Assembly: GCA_038087875.1 (NCBI GenBank)
Contig: JAXLNO010000524.1
Span: forward strand, 47,305 to 67,304
Origin: Malacoraja senta
Lineage: Eukaryota
DNA: 20,000 nucleotides
Direction of reading: 5' to 3'
A program made the position numbers and the translations under genes. The notes under the pieces are model-generated. The model was not told the origin of the DNA and did not search any database. It worked only from the letters and a program-made list of their open reading frames with translations. Shown one piece after another: positions 19,256 through 20,000 of the stretch (positions are counted from its first letter, which is position 1; every line of letters begins with the position of its first letter).

Positions 19256-19507
19256 CAATTTGATGTTAACTCCTGAAGGTTGGAATGATGGGGTGTTGTT
19301 CCTCAAGCTTTTTAAAGATTGCTGTGCTTAAGAAACATTGCATGCTTTAAAGTAATGAAAAATTAGCAATACACTTAGAGTCATACAGCACGGTAATTTT
19401 TCATTACTGTAAAGAAACAATACGGTGCATGTTAAGCACAGCAATCCTTTGAAAGTTTGAGGAACAACACCTCATCATTATAACCTTCAGGAACCAACAT
19501 CAAATTG
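19256..19507. repeat. Foldback or hairpin element (old MITE-like)
   Basis: Arms 19256-19331 and 19432-19507 are complementary at 66/76. There is a perfect inner 15-bp pair at 19351-19365 and 19394-19408. Confidence 0.9.
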
Positions 19508-19656
19508 AGAAGTTTTAGAAGATCAGCCATTTTAATTTTGCATTGGTTATTTCAAACTGCTAAACATTGGGAGTTCTGAAGATGGCAACCAACGAGTCAA
19601 TTATTTCAGCAGCCTCTTCTTTAATTTACTGTTACTTTTTTTCTTTCTAATGATAG

Positions 19657-19750
19657 TGATCTGCCTTTGATCAAGAATGCTTTGAAAGCAATTTCTAGTC
19701 GTCCACATCAATTTCACGGCGATTCTTCGCTATTTTCTGATGCAAAAGGA
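19657..19750 (+). CDS. Candidate internal coding exon of an unidentified host gene (DLPLIKNALKAISSRPHQFHGDSSLFSDAKG)
   Basis: Polypyrimidine tract plus TAG acceptor (tttttttctttctaatgatag), donor GGA|gtaagg, one open frame, non-repetitive sequence. The protein is not recognised. Confidence 0.55.
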
Positions 19751-19755
19751 GTAAG

Positions 19756-20000
19756 GAGTCAATAGTATTTTGGTGTCATATGTGCCAAAACGGAACAATG
19801 AAATTGATGGAAGAAGGGTCTCGACCCGAAACGTCACCCGTTCCTTCTCTCAAGAAATGCTGCCTGACCCGCTGAGTTACTCCAGCTTTTTGTGTCTATC
19901 TTCGGTTTAAACTAGCATCTGCAGTTCCTTCCTACAACAATGAAATTCTTACTTGCAGCTGCAAGGCAGGTTTGTAAACATAATACTCAACAAGAGACAG
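19756..20000 (-). mobile_element. LINE 3' end remnant (L2/Rex-Babar-like), interrupted at 19806-19935
   Basis: gagtcaatagtattttggtgtcatatgtg...aacaatgaaattcttacttgc resembles the reverse complement of the tail type at 16990-17060. Confidence 0.5.
19806..19935 (+). mobile_element. Penelope-like terminal-repeat fragment with a truncated hammerhead ribozyme motif
   Basis: GAAGA-AGGGTC-TC-GACCC-GAAAC-GTC core. A 12-bp TSD aacaatgaaatt lies at 19794-19805 and 19936-19947. Confidence 0.75.

Overview
Eukaryotic, repeat-dominated vertebrate DNA. HE1/V-SINE-like SINEs, dominant CR1 LINEs and fish-type L1 suggest a cartilaginous fish such as a skate or ray (inference). There is no complete cellular gene, only one candidate 94-nt host exon at 19657-19750 (+). 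About 14 kb (2515-16585) is a single old CR1 3' fragment split by successive insertions. These are an L1, a TAG...CTA DNA element with a 7-bp TSD, a structurally complete DIRS1-like retrotransposon, a Gypsy LTR element and a short retroposon. The DIRS element (4550-9047) has gag, RT-RNaseH, an adenine-methyltransferase-like domain and a tyrosine recombinase, with ITRs and an internal complementary region that spells out the circle junction. The Gypsy element holds three nested CR1s and a GC-rich MITE. Other signals are two inverted MITE copies apparently inserted between AAA and TTT without a TSD (Spy-like), a 20-bp palindrome resembling a transposon footprint, a Penelope-type hammerhead ribozyme remnant, a 250-bp foldback, and an unexplained 102-bp segment repeated 17.7 kb apart. 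I found no convincingly new biological system. Family assignments come from motif recognition, not database searches.
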